From NCBI GenBank assembly GCA_002269645.1, contig NIVC01000578.1, forward strand, positions 386,549-450,548: 64,000 nt of DNA, given 5' to 3'. This DNA is from Macrostomum lignano (taxonomy: Eukaryota). Every line of letters starts with the position of its first letter. Position 1 is the first letter of the stretch. Position numbers and translations under genes: made by a program. Under the pieces are notes generated by a model. That model was given only the letters and a program-made list of their open reading frames with translations. It was not told where the DNA came from and searched no databases. Shown here in pieces: positions 25,738 to 38,639 of the stretch.

Positions 25738-26756
25738 GCAGTCCGAGGCCAGGTAACTGCAGGGCTGCCCTCACAGAACGAAAGGCAGCCCAGGCAAGCC
25801 CGCGGCGACGCCGAAAATCCTCGCGGACGCCGGGAACCAGACCGCCGAGGTAGACGAACTGCTGACTACGCGGAAGCTCTGTCGCCTGTCCATCAGCGCC
25901 TCGGCACAAAATCGCTGCCTCGATATCGCCCGGCACGCAGAGCACGACGGTCTTCTGCGTGTTGACCACCAGGCCGACAGTCGCCGCAACAGCAACTGGC
26001 TTGTCCAGTTGTCGCTCGGCGCCCTCGACAGTTGAGGACAGTAGGGCGAGGTCGTCGGCGTAGCCAAGCACGCTGAGCCACCTCTCCGGTTGGCGTCAAC
26101 CCACGCGTCGCCGCAACAGAAAGCCGTCGTCGTTGGTAAGAAGAGCGGTCCGAAACACCCAGTCAAGCACCAGGACGAACAGGAACGGCGCAAAAGCGTA
26201 TCTCCTTGAAGCACTCCGGAGGATGTCTCAAAAAATTCCGATAGGCCATCCGGTGTTAAAACAGCAGCTTTCGTATCATGGTACATCGCCATGATGGCGG
26301 AAATCAGCTGCTCTGACACGTTTTACGCTCGGAGCACCTTTAGGAGCACAGACCTGACGACCGAGTCGAATTCCTTCTTGAAATCTATGAAGATAACAAT
26401 CAGGATCGACTGGCGTGTCCGTGCTTCCTCGATGACTCGCCGAAGAGCCAGGATCCGCGTCACAGTGCCGCGATGGGGCCGGAAGCCGTTCTGCTCAGGA
26501 TGCAGGTATCCAGCACGGGCTGCAACAGCGATAGCAGCAACCGGTTGAACAACTTCGCAGCGCAGGATTGAAGGCAGATACCTCGATGCTCCTCAAGGCT
26601 CGTGGTGCCCGGCTTCCTAGGAACTGCGACAATGTGCGCCGTGGTCCACTTTTTAGGTGCCTCCTCACCGAAGAGCACGCGATTCATCACTCTGGCCACC
26701 TCAGTGGCCACATTGGATGCGCAGCGCCTTGATGGGCACCTCGTCCGGACCGCAAA
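25738..26756 (-). mobile_element. Non-LTR retrotransposon reverse transcriptase fragment (RTE-like), frameshifted and truncated
   Basis: Across frames: GPDEVP, HRGICLQSCAAKLFN, EQNGFRPHRG, IFIDFKKEFDSV, GVLQGDTL-APFLF, LGYADDL, VNTQKT, FVYLG. At least three frameshifts and one stop; followed by (TAG)n-like simple sequence. Confidence 0.92.
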
Positions 26757-28655
26757 TACTATAATAATCCCTATAATAATCCCTATAATAAGCCCTTTAT
26801 TAATCCTTATAGTAATCCCTATAATAATCCCTATAATAATCCCTATAGTAATCCCTATAATAAGCCCTATAATAATCCCTATAATAATCCCTATAATAAT
26901 CCCTATAATAATCCCTATAATAATCCCTATAATAATCCCTATAATAATCCCTATAATAATCCCTATAATAATCCCTATAGTAATCCCTATAATATTCCCT
27001 ATAATATTCCCTATAATAATCCCTATAATAATCCCTATAATAATCCCTATAATAATCCCTATAATAATCCCTATAATAATCCCTATAATAATCCCTATAA
27101 TAAGCCCTATAGTAATCCCTATAATAAGCCCTATAGTAATCCCTATAATAATCCCTATAATAATCCCTATAATAATCCCTATAATAATCCCTATAATAAG
27201 CCCTATAGTAATCCCTATAATAAGCCCTATAGTAATCCCTATAATAATCCCTATAATAATCCCTATAATAAGCCCTATATTAATCCCTATAATAAGCCCT
27301 ATAGTAATCCCTATAATAATCCCTATAATAATCCCTATAATAAGCCCTATATTAATCCCTATAGTAATCCCTATAATAATCCCTATAATAATCCCTATAT
27401 TAATCCCTATATTAAGCCCTATAGTAATCCCTATAATAATCCCTATAATAATCCCTATAATAAGCCCTATAATAATCCCTATAGTAATCCCTATAGTAAT
27501 CCCTTTAATAATCCCTATAATATCCCTATAATAATCCCTATAATAATCCCTATAATAATCCCTATAATAATCCCTATAGTAATCCCTATAATAATCCCTA
27601 TAATATCCCTATAATAATCCCTATAATAAGCCCTATATTAATCCCTATAGTAATCCCTATAATAATCCCTATAATAATCCCTATATTAATCCCTATAATA
27701 AGCCCTATAGTAATCCCTATAATAATCCCTATAATAATCCCTATAATAATCCCTATAATAATCCCTATAATAAGCCCTATAGTAATCCCTATAATAAGCC
27801 CTATATAGTAATCCCTATAATAATCCCTATAATAATCCCCATAACAAGCCCTATATTAATCCCTATAGTAATCCCTATAGTAATCCCTATAATAATCCCT
27901 ATAATAATCCCAATAATAATCCCTATAATAATCCCTATAATAATCCCTATAATATCCCTATTATAATCCCTATAATAAGCCCCATATTAATCCCTATAGT
28001 AATCCCTATAATAATCCCTATAATATCCCTATTATAATCCCTATAATAAGCCCCATATTAATCCCTATAGTAATCCCTATAATAATCCCTATAATAATCC
28101 CTTTAATAATCCCTATAATAAGCCCTATAGTAATCCCTATAATAATCCCTATAACAATACCTATAATAATCCCTATATTAATCCCTATAATAATCCCTAT
28201 AACAATACCTATAATAATCCCTATAGTAATCCCTATAGTAATTCCTATAGTAATCCCTATAGTAATCCCTATAATAATCCCAATAATAATCCCTATAATA
28301 ATCCCTATAATAATCCCTATAATAATCCCTATAACAATACCTATAATAATCCCTATATTAATCCCTATAATAATCCCTATAACAATACCTATAATAATCC
28401 CTATAGTAATCCCTATAGTAATTCCTATAGTAATCCCTATAGTAATCCCTATAATAATCCCTATAATAATCCCTATAATAATCCCTATAATAATCCCTAT
28501 AATAATCCCTATAATAATCCCTATAGTAATCCCTATAATAATCCCTATAATAATCCCTATAATAATCCCTATAATAATACCTATAGTAATCCCTATAATA
28601 ATCCCCATAGTAATCCCTATAATAATCTCTATAATAATCCCTATAATAGTCCCTA
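26757..28655. repeat. 12-bp satellite (ATAATAATCCCT)n, ~157 units
   Basis: Direct periodicity. The minus strand reads (AGGGATTATTAT)n. It produces the IIPI and IIGI pseudo-ORFs. Confidence 0.96.
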
Positions 28656-28705
28656 CAATGGTCCGGCGCAGCAGCTCGACGGGCAGCACCACAAAATTAA
28701 ACCCA

Positions 28706-28793
28706 AGAGATGAAGGCTTAGAAGAGGGCTGAGAGTCATGATGGGAGCTTAGCAGAGGGCTTGATGAATCTTGATGGGAGCTTAGCAGAGGGC
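28706..28793. repeat. Short degenerate stub of the 31-bp repeat
   Basis: About three GATGGGAGCTTAGCAGAGGG-type units, separated from the main 29886 array by ~1.1 kb of unrelated DNA. Confidence 0.85.
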
Positions 28794-28873
28794 TCAATGG
28801 CAGATTGTATAGTATTCAACGAAGTTGCATACTATACAAGTGCATTGTATTTATACTTTCACTCAGCGCTCAG

Positions 28874-29003
28874 TCATTATTCCACACTTTTGCGGCCATT
28901 ATTCCACACTTTTGCGGCCATTATTCCACACTTTTGCGGCCATTATTCCACACTTTTGCGGCCATTATTCCACACTTTTGTCGCTGTCATTATTCCACAC
29001 TTT
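28874..29003. repeat. 22-bp tandem repeat, ~6 copies
   Basis: Unit CATTATTCCACACTTTTGCGGC. Confidence 0.9.
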
Positions 29004-29176
29004 TTATCATGCTTCAATTGGCTGTTTTAAGAGATGTTTTACCCATAGACGACTGAGTTGTGTGGCTTAGTTTGACCATAGACAACACTGTGATGAGTGC
29101 TGATTTTGCTTGCGTCTTGCAAGAAATCAGGAAAGCGAGTAGTGCGAGAAAAAGCTATTTGTCTTGTCAAACAACC

Positions 29177-29595
29177 ATGGCTGGTGCATCTCGTCAAACA
29201 GCCGCGCTTATTAATTGAAAAAATCTTCCTGTCGACGACTGAACGAACCGTGCGGCGCTACCTAGGAAGAAAACGCGACCATGCAGTCTTCAACGCCTCG
29301 ACGGCTATAAGCGATGCCTCAAAGCGGCCAATCGATTCAGTCGAGCAGCCGGCAGTCCCAAAGAATCCCAGCTTGGATACTGCGGTACCAAAGAAGCTCA
29401 TCAGACGAAGCTCATCAGCCGCAAGCCAACTTAACCAAGACGTGCATCTTTCAAATGGTAAGTTCGGCAACTATACTTGAGCACCTGTATTTCTCTTTCA
29501 TAGAAAACATTCAACATAGACCAACTCCTTTTGCAGTGCCAAATCATCAGGCTAGAGTGTCGAGCATCTTTGGAAACTGCGGCTTTGAGAACTGT
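29177..29595 (+). pseudogene. Spliced gene fragment with an HTH-like motif, frameshifted
   Basis: ACCATGG at 29177 needs a frameshift to reach STTERTVRRYLGRK. Consensus donor G|GTAAGT (29458) and acceptor TTTCATAG (29503) are phase-matched; a second donor GTATGT is at 29596. Confidence 0.35.
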
Positions 29596-29885
29596 GTATG
29601 TTTCACTTTTGGGTGACAAATTGATTTTCACATTGTCAAATTTTGACTACAAACTGATAAACTGCACTAACTGTGACATTTATTATTAACTCTTTTCGTG
29701 TAGCTGGTACTTTAGTTTTAATGATTTTCCTTTTTGTTCATTTACTTCTTGTTGTTCTGTATTTATTAACAAAAATACTGAGCGATGGATTTTTTCAATC
29801 CAAATGTCTATGGTACACATCAAAACTGTGGAATAATGGCCAAAATATTTTGTTATTGCGTCTGGGTAAAAGTATAATTACACGA

Positions 29886-30438
29886 GTCTTGATGGAAGCT
29901 TAGCAGAGGGCTGAGAGTCTTGATGGCAGCTTAGCAGAGGGCTGAGAGTCTTGATGGAAGCTTAGCAGAGGGCTGAGAGTCTTGATGGGAGCTTAGCAGA
30001 GGCCTGAGAGTCTTGATGGCAGCTTAGCAGAGGGCTGAGAGTCTTGGTGGCAGCTTAGCAGAGGCCTGAGAGTCTTGATGGGAGCTTAGCAGAGGGCTGA
30101 GAGTCTTGATGGCAGCTTAGCAGAGGGCTGAGAGTCTTGGTGGCAGCTTAGCAGAGGGCTGAGAGTCTTGATGGGAGCTTAGCAGAGGGCTGAGAGTCTT
30201 GATGGGAGCTTAGCAGAGGGCTGAGAGTCTTGGTGGGAGCTTAGCAGAGGGCTGAGAGTCTTGATGGGAGCTTAGCAGAGGGCTGAGAGTCTTGGTGGCA
30301 GCTTAACAGAGGGCTGAGAGTCTTGATGGCAGCTTAGCAGAGGGCTGAGAGTCTTGGTGGCAGCTTAGCAGAGGGCTGAGAGTCTTGGTGGCAGCTTAGC
30401 AGAGGGCTGAGAGTCTTGGTGTCAGCTTAGCAGAGGGA
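29886..30438. repeat. 31-bp minisatellite (~18 copies) marking the left edge of duplicated unit 2
   Basis: Same unit as 11262-11610 and followed by the same GACTTGCAGCGACC flank. Confidence 0.95.
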
Positions 30439-31284
30439 CTTGCAGCGACCATAAGTGAGGCGCAATAGGACTGACTAAATGAGCTGAGATCGCTGGTTTT
30501 GACTGCTGTAATAGAATGCCCAAAAATGTAGAAAGGCGCAAGTTTAAAACGGAAATCTACGGAATATCGAAAACGAAAATCGAATGTTTATTTGATGCAA
30601 ACAACAACTGAGTGAAGGCCTATTGAATTGGCAACAATTTAATAATCGGTTATCCGTTATCAATATTTTAGGAATAAAAAAGGAAAAATCGCATGGAAAT
30701 AAAAAACAATCTTGTTGGAGTTGTTTGTATATTCTTTATTACGAGCGTAGTGTCGTTGCATAAAACGTAATCTCCCATATTAAATTTGTGCGCAGGGAAT
30801 TCTGAACGACACTAATAATCAACGATGGTTCTTGTACTCCGAAATTCGGTTCAGTATTAAACTATTTCATCAAAACGTACCACCATTCCCGTTCCTTCAG
30901 TGTGAAAGTTTTAATATGAAGCTTCAAAATGCCCTTTGCACAAAATCTGATTTCTTGGCGCTATACGGACAGTGCAAAATGAATTAAAATCAAAACACGA
31001 GTAGAAAGCAATGCTAGAGACAAATAATTCGTTTTTAATAATAAAGACGTTCGTCAAATTCAAATTCAACACCTTCTAAACGCCGGATTCGCAAGCTTCT
31101 CTCAGAACTCAAATAGCAATTTTGACGCAGCTTCGATTTCGATAAAACTGAACGAACAAAACTGCAGGATCTGAGGAGGTACAGCAGAGGGGTAAAAAAT
31201 TGAAATGAAAAACGTCGTACCGAGAAAATATGCAACAGTTTGTCCTCATTGTGGACTGAGTCAGCAGGTGATCGCGAAGGCCAC

Positions 31285-34200
31285 TCAGAAACCAATGCGG
31301 ATGTAATAATCGTACTGGCAGTGTCGTTTAAAAGTTTCAGAGCAGCAAAACAGCACCAGTGCGTTAGCCTGCAGTGACTCTGTCAGCTCGATAAGCTCCT
31401 TTTCGATCGAATCCCAATTTTTCTCGTCCTGCATCATCTTTGCAGTCCGATTCAACACGTATCTCACATAGGCATCCAACGCCTTGATTAGCGAGCGGAA
31501 TTCATTGTGCACTGGTTTGGTAGCGACCAAGTTCATAAAATTCGGTGTTAGGCCGCGCAGCCTTGCGAAGGCAGCTCGCAGTATCTTGTCAGCACTGTCT
31601 GGCCCCACCAGGGACTCGGCCAACTTGGTTATCTCATCGCGCAGGTTCAGCAGCTGCTGGTTGATTTCCAGGGCGTTCGGTAATTCCTTCACCAAATTCG
31701 CATCCCGAAACTCATTCAGACTCTTCTTTGAGCTCCTGTCTTTGAGGTCACTCAGCAGCTCCTTGGATTCCACTATGCTGTGTGTACCAACTAACACGCA
31801 CCTGAGCGTTCTACTGCTAGCGCACTCGGTCCATTGAGCTGGCACTCGCTCACTTAACGGAAAGCCGGGCTCAAATAGGCGCATCTGCTCCTCGGAGATT
31901 CTGCCAACTGCCTGTGCAACTTCCAGCAATTTCGATCCCTCGGAACTCGGAACTGGATCCAAAGGAATTGCAGGCAACCTGTCGGAAAGCTCAAACACTA
32001 CGTAAGCCTGTTCGAGTAGAGCAGTTGAGATGTTCTTTGACTCTAGGATTTCCGTGCTCATCTCCTTGGAGCACATTGCATTATAGTACTGCATTAGTTG
32101 CTCAGAGCGATCGCGCCGCCTCTTGGTCTGATGACGGAAATCACTTAGCTTTCCAAGCTGTTCGTGCAACGGAATTGAGTCATTTACGAACTTCTCCAGT
32201 TTTTTGGTCAAGGATAGAACAACGCTGTCCGGGCTTCTGCTTTTCGGCGGGAATTTCTGACGAATCATGAGACTCTCTTTGCTTGTTTTCGAAATCTTCT
32301 CAAGAGTATCTGCGTGCGGCTTCAGCTCCATGCTTAGACTCGTGGCTTCACCCTTAGTTGTCAGGTCCAATTCCGGTTCTTGAATAAAAGCCGCCAGGAC
32401 GTCTTCACCAGCTTTCGCTCGGTCTGCGTAAGTCAGAAACAGCTTGCATTTCTCTTTTACTGTTTCGTAGTCGATCCATCTTGTTCGTAGCGCCTTCAGC
32501 GATGCAACTATGTTCATGACGCTCTGGCTGCTAGATTTGCTCAGCCCTTGAATGAGGAGGTCCCAGTCTTGCTCTATGGAATTCATTAATTCCTTGATGT
32601 CTTTACGAGTGGATTTTATGTCACAAACAATGCAATGGAGCTCGAAGGCGAAGTCAGGAAGACACTTGGCGCGCAAAGAGAGGTCCTTTACAGCAGTCAA
32701 TACTGAACAGATTGCGTTGTTTGCTCTGTCCGGATGCCACGAACGTTTCGACTCGTCGCTCAGACGTTTGGCAATCTTTTGCGGCTGAATTACTCTGGTG
32801 TTATAAACAGTAGCAACTTCTTTCTGCAATGACGTGCCCACAGTCATGAAAATTCTCGCCGCAGAAAGTGTCAGAAATGGCGCATAGGCCCTGGTGTTTA
32901 TCGTCTGCTGAGCCCAGTTATTCATGGCATCGGGCTTGTCAATATTTTCATCGAAGAGCGCCACCACACAGATCCGGCCTTCGCCTTTTGCTTCAAGCGG
33001 CAGCAGAAGGCTGATGCTGACGCCCACCGACGTGCAATTCTCGCTGGTCAGCTGTTCGTAGAAGCCTTTCTGCAGGTCTGGCTGACCCGCAGCTGCCATC
33101 CGCCTCCGCGGTTTCGCCTCCTGTTGCTCCGGTTTTCTGCGAAAGATTTAACTTTTCATTTTGCTTAAAGCTGCATTTTTTGCATAGACAACTGAGATAG
33201 AAGGAAATGCATTGTCTAGCAATGTGACGATCATTATTCACATTTTTAATGCAGAACAATCCATTACTGCAAGCAATGGATAAATAACCGGCGCTCGCCA
33301 GACAATCGTTGTCACGCACTGGACCACTGATTCTTTGCATTGTTTTTCTGTTTGACGATCCTACAGACAATGCATTGTTTGTAGTAATGGATTGTCCTGC
33401 ATTAAAAATGTGAATAATGATCGTCAAATTGCTAAACAATGCAATATCTGTAGGATCGTCAAACAGAAAAACAATGCAAAGAATCAGCGGTCGCAGCACG
33501 TGACAACGATTTGTCTATGGCTCGCCTAGCGGCGCTCGCCAGACAATCGTTGTCACGCACTGGGACCGCTGATTATTTATCCATTGGCCGGATAGTCTAA
33601 TTTAGTTCTCTAGCACTGTTTGCATCCTACGAGAAAGCATCTTCCAAGCTAGAAATTTAATGCGTTTTTATAAAATGGTACCAGCGAGTTCCGGCAAAAT
33701 TACAGTTGTCTCTGTTGGGGCATTTTAGAGCTGATTTGAACGAAACACACTCGCTTCATTTTTTGACTTTGAAAGTCAAGACGGTGGAATTAGGTGAGGA
33801 GACATTGGGAGCTTAGTACTAAAACCCTGAAAATTCCCAATCTGGCCAATGCATTTTGCCATGAAGACTGCATCCTACCCAGTAGAATTGTTACAATCGA
33901 CAGTCTTTTCAAAACATAGCATAATGCATAAAGAGTATTTTCGTATGAAACCAATTCATCAAAAAGTGCGCACTACGATTAATGCATGACTAAAACAAAA
34001 CACAAAACACAGTGTCTATCTCGCTAATAGTCACCCTGTCTGTCTAATGCTCTCCCTGTCTCTCTAATGCTCTCCCTGTCTCTCTAATGCTCTCCCTGTC
34101 TCTCTAATGCTCTCCCTGTCTCTCTAATGCTCTCCCTGTCTCTCTAATGCTCTCCCTGTCTCTCTAATGCTCTCCCTGTCTCTCTAATGCTCTCCCTGTC

Positions 34201-37200
34201 TCTCTAATGCTCTCCCTGTCTCTCTAATGCTCTCCCTGTCTCTCTAATGCTCTCCCCGTCTCTCTAATGCTCTCCCTGTCTCTCTAATGCTCTCCCTGTC
34301 TCTCTAATAGCCACCCTGTCTCTCTAATGCTCTCCCTGTCTCTCTAATGCTCTCCCTGTCTCTCTAATGCTCTCCCTGTCTCTCTAATGCTCTCCCTGTC
34401 TCTCTAATGCCCTCCCTGTCTCTCTAATAGCCACCCTGTCTCTCTAATAGCCACCCTGTCTGTCTAATGCTCTCCCTGTCTCTCTAATAGCCACCCTGTC
34501 TCTCTAATAGCCACCCTGTCTGTCTAATGCTCTCCCTGTCTCTCTAATGCTCTCCCTGTCTCTCTAATAGCCACCCTGTCTGTCTAATGCTCTCCCTGTC
34601 TCTCTAATAGCCACCCTGTCTGTCTAATGCTCTCCCTGTCTCGCTAATAGCCACCCTGTCTGTCTAATGCTCTCCCTGTCTCTCTAATACTCTCCCTGTC
34701 TCTCTAATGCTCTCCCTGTCTCTCTAATGCTCTCCCTGTCTCTCTAATGCTCTTCCTGTCTCGCTAATTGCAACGCTGTCTGTCTAATGCTCTCCCTGTC
34801 TCTCTAATGCTCTCCCTGTCTGTCTAATGCTCTCCCTGTCTGTCTAATGCTCTCCCTGTCTCTCTAATGCTCTCCCTGTCTCGCTAATAGCCACCCTGTC
34901 TGTCTAATGCTCTACCTGTCTGTCTAATGCTCTCCCTGTCTCTCTAATGCTCTCCCTGTCTGTCTAATGCTCTCCCTGTCTCTCTATTGCTCTCCCTGTC
35001 TCTCTAATGCTCTCCCTGTCTGTCTAATGCTCTCCCTGTCTCTCTAATGCTCTCCCTATCTCGCTAATAGCCACCCTGTCTGTCTAATGCTCTCCCTGTC
35101 TCTCTAATGCTCTCCCTGTCTCTCTAATGCTCTCCCTGTCTCTCTAATGCTCTCCCTGTCTCTCTAATGCTCTCCCTGTCTCTCTAACGCTCTCCCTGTC
35201 TCTCTAATGCTCTCCCTGTCTCTCTAATGCTCTCCCTGTCTCTCTAATGCTCTCCCTGTCTCTCTAATGCTCTCCCTATCTCGCTAATAGCCACCCTGTC
35301 TGTCTAATGCTCTCCCTGTCTCTCTAATGCTCTCCCTGTCTCTCTAATGCTCTCCCGGTCTCGCTAATAGCCACCCTGTCTGTCTAATGCTCTCCCTATC
35401 TCTCTAATGCTCTCCCTGTCTCTCTAATGCTCTCCCTGTCTCTCTAATGCTCTCCCTGTCTCGCTAATAGCCACCCTGTCTGTCTAATGCTCTCCCTGTC
35501 TCTCTAATGCTCTCCCTGTCTCTCTAATGCTCTCCCTGTCTCTCTAATGCTCTCCCTGTCTCTCTAATGCTCTCCCTATCTCGCTAAAAGCCACCCTGTC
35601 TCTCTAATGCTCTCCCTATCTCGCTAATGCTCTCCCTGTCTCTCTAATAGCCACCCTGTCTGTCTAATGCTCTCCCTGTCTCTCTAATGCTCTCCCTGTC
35701 TCTCTAATGCTCTCCCTGTCTTTCTAATGCTCTCCCTGTCTCTAATGCTCTCCCTGTCTCTCTAATGCTCTCCCTGTCTCTCTAATAGCCACCCTGTCTC
35801 TCTAATGCTCTCCCTGTCTCTCTAATGCTCTCCCGGTCTCTCTAATACTCTCCCTATCTCTCTAATGCTCTCCCTGTCTCTCTAATGCTCTCCCTGTCTT
35901 TCTAATGCTCTCCCTGTCTCTAATGCTCTCCTTTGTCTCTCTAATGCTCTCCCTGTCTCTCTAATGCTCTCCCTGTCTCTCTAATAGCCACCCTGTCTGT
36001 CTAATGCTCTCCCTATCTCTCTAATGCTCTCCCTGTCTCTCTAATAGCCACCCTGTCTGTCTAATGCTCTCCCTATCTCTCTAATGCTCTCCCTGTCTCT
36101 CTAATAGCCACCCTGTCTCTCTAATAGCCACCCTGTCTGTCTAATGCTCTCCCTGTCTCTCTAATGCTCTCCCTGTCTCTCTAATACTCTCCCTATCTCG
36201 CTAATAGCCACCCTGTCTGTCTAATGCTCTCCCAGTCTCTCTAATGCTCTCCCTGTCTCTCTAATGCTCTCCCTGTCTCTCTAATGCTCTCCCTGTCTCT
36301 CTAATGCTCTCCCTGTCTCTCTAATGCTCTCCCTGTCTCTCTAATGCTCTCCCTGTCTCTCTAATGCTCTCCCTGTCTCTCTAATAGCCACCCTGTCTGT
36401 CTAATGCTCTCCCTGTCTCTCTAATGCTCTCCCTATCTCTCTAATGCTCTCCCTGTCTCTCTAATGCTCTCCCTGTCTCTCTAATGCTCTCCCTGTCTCT
36501 CTAATAGCCACCCTGTCTGTCTAATGCTCTCCCTGTCTCTCTAATGCTCTCCCTGTCTCGCTAATAGCCACCCTGTCTCTCTGATGCTCACCCTGTCTCT
36601 CTAATGCTCACCTTAGTCTCTCTAATGCTCTCCCTGTCTCTCTAATGCTCTCCCCGTCTCTCTAATGCTCACCCTTGTCTCTCTAATGCTCTCCCTGTCT
36701 CTCTAATGCCCTCCCCATCTCGCTATTAGTCACCCTGTTTTTCTAAAAGGGGCGTAGGCAACAGAAGATGTGGTGATGTATCCCCCGAACAGCCTAAAAA
36801 AGTTTTTAAGAAATCAGGTTTTTTACGGATGGCCAACCCCCCTTCGTATAAAATTTCTCTCCCTAGGGGCGGCCAATCCACCCCAAATAAATTTCGACTC
36901 TCCCTAGGGGCGGCCAATCCACCCCAAATAAATTTCGACTCTCCCTAGGGGCGGCCAATCCACCCCAAATAAATTTCGACTCTCCCTAGGGGCGGCCAAT
37001 CCACCCCAAATAAATTTCGACTCTCCCTAGGGGCGGCCAATCCACCCCAAATAAATTTCGACTCTCCCTAGGGGCGGCCTATTTCCCCTCTCAAGAAAAT
37101 TTCAGGCTACGCGCCTGCTCTCTACTGAATCTCCCTGTTTCTTCATCAAGTTAAAGGAACTTGTAGGTTGAATCTCCTATCAGACACATAGCAGTCTCAT

Positions 37201-37920
37201 ATGCGTACTGGAATCTTGGAAGGAGAAATATTCACCATTTTTCGTGCTAAAATGTGAAAAATGAAAATCTCACAAACGCCTTTTTTGTTTAGCATCCAAA
37301 TGAAATCCCGCTTGTTGTGTGCCTCTGGTTGGACAAAACATGAATGCACATTTTATTCGGTAACGAAAGAAAAGCTTTTGTTTAAGAACTCACCGTCTAG
37401 ACCAGAACCTCACTGCCTCTTCGGGAACTTCAGACACGCGGCGGTAGATGCCCATGATGCTTTCGATGCGGGGCGTGCAGTAGACCAGGCAGCCGTAGAC
37501 TTCGGCAGTAAAATGGTGGGTGCAGCTGGTGTCCGATAGGTTTTGGTGAATCAGAACAGTGCTGCACGGCATCGAGCTCAAGCGGTCTCGATATGCAGTG
37601 CGGCGTTCCATGTAGTGAAACACGTACTTGGCCACAATGCTCAGAGAATTGCTAAGACAAAGCTGTGGCAATTCTTTATCAGTTTCGTGATAATATCGAG
37701 TCCTGTTGATTGCCCTCACAATTCTCTCCTGAAAATGCGAGCGCTCCCCCTGGAGGAAGTTGTTAGTATCGCTGCGCCACAAACGTCGAAGAATTTTATC
37801 GTAGGTTTTTTTAGACACATCCGGCCTTGGGTCCACACAGTGCAGCGTTGCCTTCAGGCTGGCTGTGATTTTGGCCTCCAGCCGCTCTCTCTCGCTTCTC
37901 CAGGTGAGCTGCTCAGCCAT
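31285..37920 (-). CDS. Uncharacterised two-exon protein, copy 2 (~792 aa; exons 37920-37394 and 33136-31285)
   Basis: Paralogue of 12447-23008. CACCATGG start, donor CG|GTGAGT (37393), acceptor TTTCGCAG|A (33137), both phase 2. The ORF is intact, with only in-frame indels. Confidence 0.8.
33209..33586. repeat. Copy-2-specific ~375-bp intron insertion built from interleaved inverted repeats
   Basis: Absent at the equivalent copy-1 site (GGAAATGCATTGGCCGGATAG, ~14341). X 33209-33278 / X' 33375-33444; Y 33300-33370 / Y' 33447-33517; plus a partial direct Y at 33531-33573. Confidence 0.8.
34015..36746. repeat. 20-bp intronic satellite, ~136 units (homologue of 14781-22086)
   Basis: Same units and the same boundary sequences as in copy 1. 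Confidence 0.97.
36747..37117. mobile_element. MITE-like element homologous to 22087-22216, carrying an internal 41-bp repeat (5 copies plus a partial, 36857-37079)
   Basis: Termini AGGGGCGTAGG / GCTACGCGCCTG; internal unit CTCTCCCTAGGGGCGGCCAATCCACCCCAAATAAATTTCGA. Confidence 0.6.
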
Positions 37921-38639
37921 GGTGTGAGATTCGGGCGCCAAGCTCAGAACAGGTGGGCAGGCCTGTTTGCCGCTATAATATACCACAGTGTCTGCAGCTG
38001 GTGTCAACTTTTAGGCGATCAATATTTAGAAGCACTCACGACAGCACCCTCGATTCAACTTGTACTCTGTCTGAGGCCTGCCCAACCAATCATGTTGCTT
38101 CTCCATTCATGCCCATCCACCTACTCGCAGACCCGCAGTCACACAGGGTGTACAGTAGCCCTATAAACTGACTCATTCTCAGGAATGTACACAGCCAGAC
38201 TTTCGGGGTTGGCCTTCATTGGCTTGAATCGTACGCCAAGCGCCTGCCACTCCTCATTTTGGTATTGAAAATGGCTGCACTGTTCACAATGAAATTGCAT
38301 TTGTTACGATCTGGATCACTTGGCATGCTTCACTGGCTGCAGTTAAAATTTGATATTCTTGAGCTTCACTGAGGGTGATCGTGCCTGACCCCAAATGTAC
38401 ACTCAGCAGCAGTCAAAACCGCCACCCCAGAGAATAGGCAGTGCGATTGACTTCAGCTCACTACACTGCAATGACGCAAGGTTTTCCAGCTCTCGCTCAG
38501 GCACACTGGGTCTGGGGTGGCGGTTTTCACTATTGGTGAGTATATTCGGACTGAGGCTGACCCCATAAAAATGCTAATCCGTGTCGCTGCTGTAGCGGCT
38601 CCATCCATTTATTAGACGATAGCCATGAATACTACTACT

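Noticed and set aside
26602-28797. IIPI and IIGI repeat ORFs
   Set aside because: Stop-free frames of the 12-bp satellite, with no splice or start context.
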